This document shows, in pieces, positions 42,088-46,052 of a stretch of 46,052 nucleotides of DNA. A model generated the notes under the pieces. It had not been told where the DNA came from and ran no database searches. It saw only the letters and a list, made by a program, of their open reading frames with translations. Both the position numbers and the translations under genes were made by a program. Numbering within the stretch: the first letter of the stretch is position 1; every line of letters starts with the position of its first letter. The DNA is taken from assembly GCA_035251855.1 (NCBI GenBank), contig DATFDV010000091.1, forward strand, positions 1 through 46,052, in the 5' to 3' direction. The DNA is from Burkholderiales bacterium (lineage in GTDB: Bacteria > Pseudomonadota > Gammaproteobacteria > Burkholderiales > SG8-39).

Positions 42088-43640
42088 GCTGGAGCGAGCA
42101 CCTTCCTATCGTCCCGGTGGTGCTGCCGCTCGCGGCCGGCGCGCTGATGCTGGTGCTCGACGAGCGGCGCAGCACGCTCAAGGCTGCGATCAGCATCGCC
42201 ACGCTTCTGCTCCTGCTGGTCGCCGCGCTGGCGCTGCTGCGACTTGCCGACAACCCGGTCGCGCCGGTCTACGCGCTCGGCGACTGGCCGGCGCCCTTCG
42301 GCATCGTGCTGGTCGCCGACCGCCTCGCCGCCGCGATGGTGCTCCTCGCCGCGGTGCTCGGCCTCGCGGCGATGGTGTTCTCGCTCGCGCGCTGGCACCG
42401 CGCCGGGCCGCGCTTTCATTCGCTGCTGCAGTTCCTGCTGATGGGCCTTAACGGCGCCTTCCTTACGGGAGATCTGTTCAACCTGTTCGTGTTCTTCGAG
42501 CTGCTGCTGGCCGCGTCCTATGGCCTCGCCCTGCACGGCTCCGGGACCGGGCGCGTGCGCTCGAGCCTGCACTACATCGTGATCAACCTCGGCGCCTCGC
42601 TCCTGTTCCTCATCGGCGTGAGCCTGATCTACGGAGTCGCCGGGACGCTCAACCTGGCGCACCTCGCGCAGCGCATTCCGCAGATCGCCGCCGCCGACCG
42701 GGCGCTGGTCGAAGCCGGAGCGGCGGTGCTGTTCATCGCGTTCCTGGTCAAAGCAGGCATGTGGCCGCTCGGCTTCTGGCTGCCCTCGACGTACGCCGCG
42801 GCCAGCGCGCCCGCCGGAGCGCTTTTCGCCATCCTGAGCAAAGTGGGCTTCTATGCCGTGCTCAGGATCTGGCTGCTGCTCTTCGGCGGCGGCGTGGGCA
42901 GCGAGCTGCTGTTCTACGGCGGGATGGCGACCCTCGCGTTCGGCATGATCGGCATGCTCGCCTCGCAGGAGCTGGGCCGGCTCGCCGGCTACAGCCTGCT
43001 GGTCTCCTCGGGCACGCTGCTCGCCGCGATCAGCCGCAGCGACGGCGCGGTGACCGCTGCGGCGCTGTTCTACCTGGTCGCCTCCACCCTCGGCATCGCG
43101 GCTTTGTTTCTGCTGATCGAGCTGGTGCAGCGCTCGCGCGAGCCCGGGGCCGACGTGCTGGCGGTGACCGCCGAGGCCTTCGGGCTCGCCGACGCGGAGG
43201 AGGAACAGCCCGAGGAGCAATCCGGCACCGAGATCCCGGCAGTCATGGCGCTGCTCGGCCTGAGCTTCGTGTGCTGCGCGCTGCTGGTCGCCGGGTTGCC
43301 GCCGCTGCCCGGCTTCTTGGCGAAGTTCGGCCTGCTGGCGGCGGTGCTCGCGCCGGAGCCGATCCCCGCGCGCGCGTGGGCGCTGCTCGCCCTGCTCACG
43401 CTCGCCGGCCTGGCCGCCGTGATCGCCATGGGACGCGCCGGGGTGCGCATTTTCTGGGCAGCGGAAGAGCGCAGCGTGCCGCGCGTGCGCCTGATCGAGA
43501 TCACGCCGATCGCGGGGCTGCTCGCGCTGTGCTTTGCGCTCGCGGTGGCCCCCGGTCCGGCGATGCGCTACCTGCACGACGCGGCGCTGGCGCTGCACGC
43601 GCCGCACGGCTATATCGAAAGCGTTCTGGGCCGGCCATGA
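42084..43640 (+). CDS. mrpD: Monovalent cation/H+ antiporter subunit D
   Basis: 518 aa NuoN/NuoM-like ([33 protein letters not shown]). ATGA overlap with mrpC. Confidence 0.92.
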   Translation: MSWSEHLPIVPVVLPLAAGALMLVLDERRSTLKAAISIATLLLLLVAALALLRLADNPVAPVYALGDWPAPFGIVLVADRLAAAMVLLAAVLGLAAMVFSLARWHRAGPRFHSLLQFLLMGLNGAFLTGDLFNLFVFFELLLAASYGLALHGSGTGRVRSSLHYIVINLGASLLFLIGVSLIYGVAGTLNLAHLAQRIPQIAAADRALVEAGAAVLFIAFLVKAGMWPLGFWLPSTYAAASAPAGALFAILSKVGFYAVLRIWLLLFGGGVGSELLFYGGMATLAFGMIGMLASQELGRLAGYSLLVSSGTLLAAISRSDGAVTAAALFYLVASTLGIAALFLLIELVQRSREPGADVLAVTAEAFGLADAEEEQPEEQSGTEIPAVMALLGLSFVCCALLVAGLPPLPGFLAKFGLLAAVLAPEPIPARAWALLALLTLAGLAAVIAMGRAGVRIFWAAEERSVPRVRLIEITPIAGLLALCFALAVAPGPAMRYLHDAALALHAPHGYIESVLGRP

Positions 43641-44107
43641 AGCTGTTCCTCGCCCTCCTCGTGCTCTGGCTGATCCTCAACGAGTCGGTCGCCGCGGGCC
43701 ACTGGCTGCTGGGCGCGGTGCTCGCGTTAGGCGGCGTCGCGGTTTACTCGCGCCTGCAACCCGCCGGCAACCGCGTGCGCAACCGACCGCTCGCCGCCGT
43801 CGGGCTGCTCGCGCTGGTGCTCGCCGACATCGTGCGCTCCAACGTCGCGGTGGCGCGCATCGTCCTCGGGCTCGGCGCGGGCAAGCGCACTGCCGGCTTC
43901 CTCGCGTTGCCCCTCGAGCTGCGCCATCCCGGCGCCCTGGCGGTGATTGCCTGCATCATCACCGCGACCCCCGGCACGACCTGGGTGCGCTACGACGGGT
44001 CGACCGGGGTGGTCACGATCCACGTCCTCGACCTGGTCGACGAGCAGGCGTGGATCCGCCTTTTCAAGGAGCGCTACGAGCGCCGCCTGCTGGAGATCTT
44101 CGAATGA
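43637..44107 (+). CDS. mrpE: Monovalent cation/H+ antiporter subunit E
   Basis: 156 aa, MnhE-like ([10 protein letters not shown]...HVLD). ATGA overlap with mrpD. Confidence 0.85.
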   Translation: MKLFLALLVLWLILNESVAAGHWLLGAVLALGGVAVYSRLQPAGNRVRNRPLAAVGLLALVLADIVRSNVAVARIVLGLGAGKRTAGFLALPLELRHPGALAVIACIITATPGTTWVRYDGSTGVVTIHVLDLVDEQAWIRLFKERYERRLLEIFE

Positions 44108-44385
44108 ACCTCGACTTCGTATCGGTAACGCTCGGCGCCGCGCAGCTCCTGCTGGCGCTCGCCATGGCCTGCGCCCTCTACCGCCTGGTGCGCGGGCCGC
44201 GGGCGCAGGATCGCGTCCTCGCCCTCGACACGCTGTACGTGAACGCGATGCTGCTGATCCTGAGCTTCGGCATCTCGGCCGGCAGCCGTGCCTTCTTCGA
44301 GACCGCGCTGGTGATCGGCATGCTCGGCTTCGTCTCCACCGCGGCGGCGGCGAAATTCCTGCTGCGCGGCGAGGTGATCGAATGA
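44104..44385 (+). CDS. mrpF: Monovalent cation/H+ antiporter subunit F
   Basis: 93 aa, three hydrophobic helices, [16 protein letters not shown] motif. ATGA overlap with mrpE. Confidence 0.85.
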   Translation: MNLDFVSVTLGAAQLLLALAMACALYRLVRGPRAQDRVLALDTLYVNAMLLILSFGISAGSRAFFETALVIGMLGFVSTAAAAKFLLRGEVIE

Positions 44386-44690
44386 CCAGCGTCGCCGCTC
44401 TTCTGGTGCTCGCCGGCGCGCTGCTTGCCTTCATCGGATCGCTCGGCCTGGTGCGCATGGGCACCTTCTTCGAGCGCGTGCATCCGCCGACGATGGGGGC
44501 CACGCTCGGCACGGCGCTGGTGCTCGCCGGCTCGCTGCTCTACTTCACCGCGCTCGAGTCGCGCCCGGTGCTGCACGAGATCCTGATCGGCGGGTTCATG
44601 CTGCTGACCACGCCGGTGACCTACGTCCTGCTCGGGCGCGCCGCGCTGCGCCGCGACTTGGAGGAACCAAAGCACGAACCCAAGCGCTGA
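44382..44690 (+). CDS. mrpG: Monovalent cation/H+ antiporter subunit G
   Basis: 102 aa, MnhG-like ([16 protein letters not shown]). ATGA overlap with mrpF. Last gene of the operon. Confidence 0.85.
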   Translation: MTSVAALLVLAGALLAFIGSLGLVRMGTFFERVHPPTMGATLGTALVLAGSLLYFTALESRPVLHEILIGGFMLLTTPVTYVLLGRAALRRDLEEPKHEPKR

Positions 44691-44691
44691 T

Positions 44692-45549
44692 TCACTGCTC
44701 GTGCACGACCAGCACGTCGGCCTTGGCGTCGGCCAGCACGTGGCGCGTGACGCTGCCGAGCATCAGGGCTTCCACCGCGGAGCGCGTGCGCTGACTGATT
44801 ACCACCAGATCCGCGCCCAGCGATCGCTCGCGCTCGAGGATCAGGGCGGCTGCATCGCCGCGCTCCACCATCGGCAGGAAGCGGTCCGCATCGCCGGTCG
44901 CGACCTCGCTCAGCCGGCGGGTCTGGGCGAGGGACCGCTGGAACACCTGCGCGCGGTGCTGCTCGATCTCCTCGGTCTGCACGCCGGCGCGCCGCAAGGC
45001 ACCCTCGAAAACCACCTCGTAGGCGTGCACCGCGGTGAGCTTGGCGGCCGGCGCGATACGCGCCGCGCCGGCGAGGCACTTCTCCGCGCCGGGAAGAAGG
45101 TCGATCGCCGCCAGCACGTTGCGATAACGCTCGCGCGCGGGCGTGCGTACCACCAGCACCGGGCAGCGGCAGCGGCGGAGCAGCTGCTCGGCGGTGGTGC
45201 CCACCAGCGCGTCGCGCAGCGGATTGAGCCCGCGCGCCCCGACCACGAGCAGCGCAGCCCCCGACCCGCTCGCCACGAGCTCCTCGAGCACGTCGCCGAC
45301 CGCGACGCGTGCAGCGGCCGTCGTGCCGAGCGAGGCGGCCGCCTGCTCTAGTAGAGAGCGCGTATCCGCGACCAGCCGGTCGGCGACGTCCGCCGGCGTG
45401 CGCACCCATTCGCGTACCGAGTCGAGCGAGCGGCGGCTGACCACGTGGAGCAACTCGAGCTCGGCGCCATGCTCGGAGGCGAGCAGCGCGGCGCGCCGCA
45501 CCGCGTTGCCGGCATCGCTCGAGAAATCGGTGGCGGCGACGATCTTCAA
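44692..45549 (-). CDS. Universal stress protein with tandem UspA domains
   Basis: From TTG 45549 (overlapping the upstream TGA as TTGA): (M)[23 protein letters not shown]...LLVVGARG...[19 protein letters not shown], and a second repeat ending [21 protein letters not shown]. The upstream 91 codons of the track ORF overlap the ABC ATPase gene. Confidence 0.85.
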   Translation of the reverse strand: MKIVAATDFSSDAGNAVRRAALLASEHGAELELLHVVSRRSLDSVREWVRTPADVADRLVADTRSLLEQAAASLGTTAAARVAVGDVLEELVASGSGAALLVVGARGLNPLRDALVGTTAEQLLRRCRCPVLVVRTPARERYRNVLAAIDLLPGAEKCLAGAARIAPAAKLTAVHAYEVVFEGALRRAGVQTEEIEQHRAQVFQRSLAQTRRLSEVATGDADRFLPMVERGDAAALILERERSLGADLVVISQRTRSAVEALMLGSVTRHVLADAKADVLVVHEQ

Positions 45550-46052
45550 TGCCCGAGCACCTGGCTGAGGAACAGCTTGGCGCGGTCGGTCTTCGGCGCG
45601 CTGAAGAACTCCGCCGGCGGCGCGGCTTCCACTACGCGGCCGCCATCCATGAACACCACCCGGTCGGCCACGGTGCGCGCGAATCCCATCTCGTGCGTCA
45701 CCACCATCATGGTCATGCCCTCGCGCGCGAGCTCGACCATCACGTCGAGCACTTCCTTGATCATCTCCGGGTCGAGCGCCGAGGTCGGCTCGTCGAACAG
45801 CATCAGCTTCGGCTTCATGCACAGCGCCCTCGCGATGGCCACGCGCTGCTGCTGACCGCCCGAGAGGTGCGACGGATACTTGTCGGCCTGCTCCGGGATG
45901 CGCACCCGGGCGAGGAAGTGCATTGCGGTCTCCTCGGCTTCCTTGCGCGGCACGCGCTGCACCCAGATCGGCGCGAGGGTGAGGTTCTCGAGCACCGTGA
46001 GATGCGGGAACAGGTTGAAGCTCTGGAACACCATGCCGACCTCGCGGCGCAC
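45546..46052 (-). CDS. Polar amino acid ABC transporter ATP-binding protein (GlnQ/HisP type), N-terminus beyond the window
   Basis: [20 protein letters not shown], signature [15 protein letters not shown], Walker [16 protein letters not shown]-loop VVTHEMGFA. The ORF is open at the window edge. Confidence 0.92.
   Translation of the reverse strand: MRREVGMVFQSFNLFPHLTVLENLTLAPIWVQRVPRKEAEETAMHFLARVRIPEQADKYPSHLSGGQQQRVAIARALCMKPKLMLFDEPTSALDPEMIKEVLDVMVELAREGMTMMVVTHEMGFARTVADRVVFMDGGRVVEAAPPAEFFSAPKTDRAKLFLSQVLGH

Noticed and set aside
1-46052. A window-wide look for CRISPR repeats, tandem or interspersed repeats, IS elements, toxin-antitoxin pairs and known defence-system genes.
   Set aside because: None were seen. 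The only duplicated functions are two DoxX genes and two USP-related sequences, which are dissimilar at the DNA level. A rigorous repeat search needs a self-alignment that I cannot run.

Overview
GC-rich, very gene-dense chromosomal DNA with almost no intergenic space. It looks betaproteobacterial, probably Burkholderiales-like. That is an inference from the thrS-infC-rpmI-rplT order, a Bug/TctC-family binding protein and GC3-skewed codons. I support about 50 CDS and one tRNA-Val(GAC). In window order: the translation operon thrS-infC-rpmI-rplT; a PhtD-like protein and a Bug-family binding protein; sixA, ppx, ppk, dgkA, DoxX, relA and mtfA with a Cys-rich flavoprotein. Next comes a divergent TetR-controlled catabolic locus (TRAP transporter, shikimate/quinate dehydrogenase, cupin, split dehydroshikimate dehydratase, crotonase-fold protein, aroQ, iolC, iolB). 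After that: an orphan REC-adenylate/guanylate cyclase, a DUF5996-like gene, cytochrome bd (cio-type) oxidase, a hemerythrin/secreted-protein pair, a 4-gene MCE/Mla-type transporter, DoxX plus a DedA-rhodanese fusion, ygiD, a flavoprotein disulfide reductase, a complete mrpA-G antiporter operon, a tandem USP and a partial amino-acid ABC ATPase. I saw no CRISPR array, IS element, integrase, phage genes or recognisable defence genes. The best candidate for something undescribed is the qui/iol hybrid locus (14020-25246). It has a full quinate/shikimate module plus only the lower inositol enzymes, with several unassigned enzymes where IolG/E/D would be needed. A second theme is three conserved genes (dgkA, iolC, DUF5996-like) whose homology extends upstream of any ATG/GTG/TTG. 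Each has a different sequence context: ATT behind a strong SD, an A7 run at the upstream stop, and an in-frame TGA. Many long ORFs in the supplied track are antisense or alternative-frame artefacts of GC-rich DNA and were rejected. All family assignments rest on my recognition of motifs in the translations; no searches were run.
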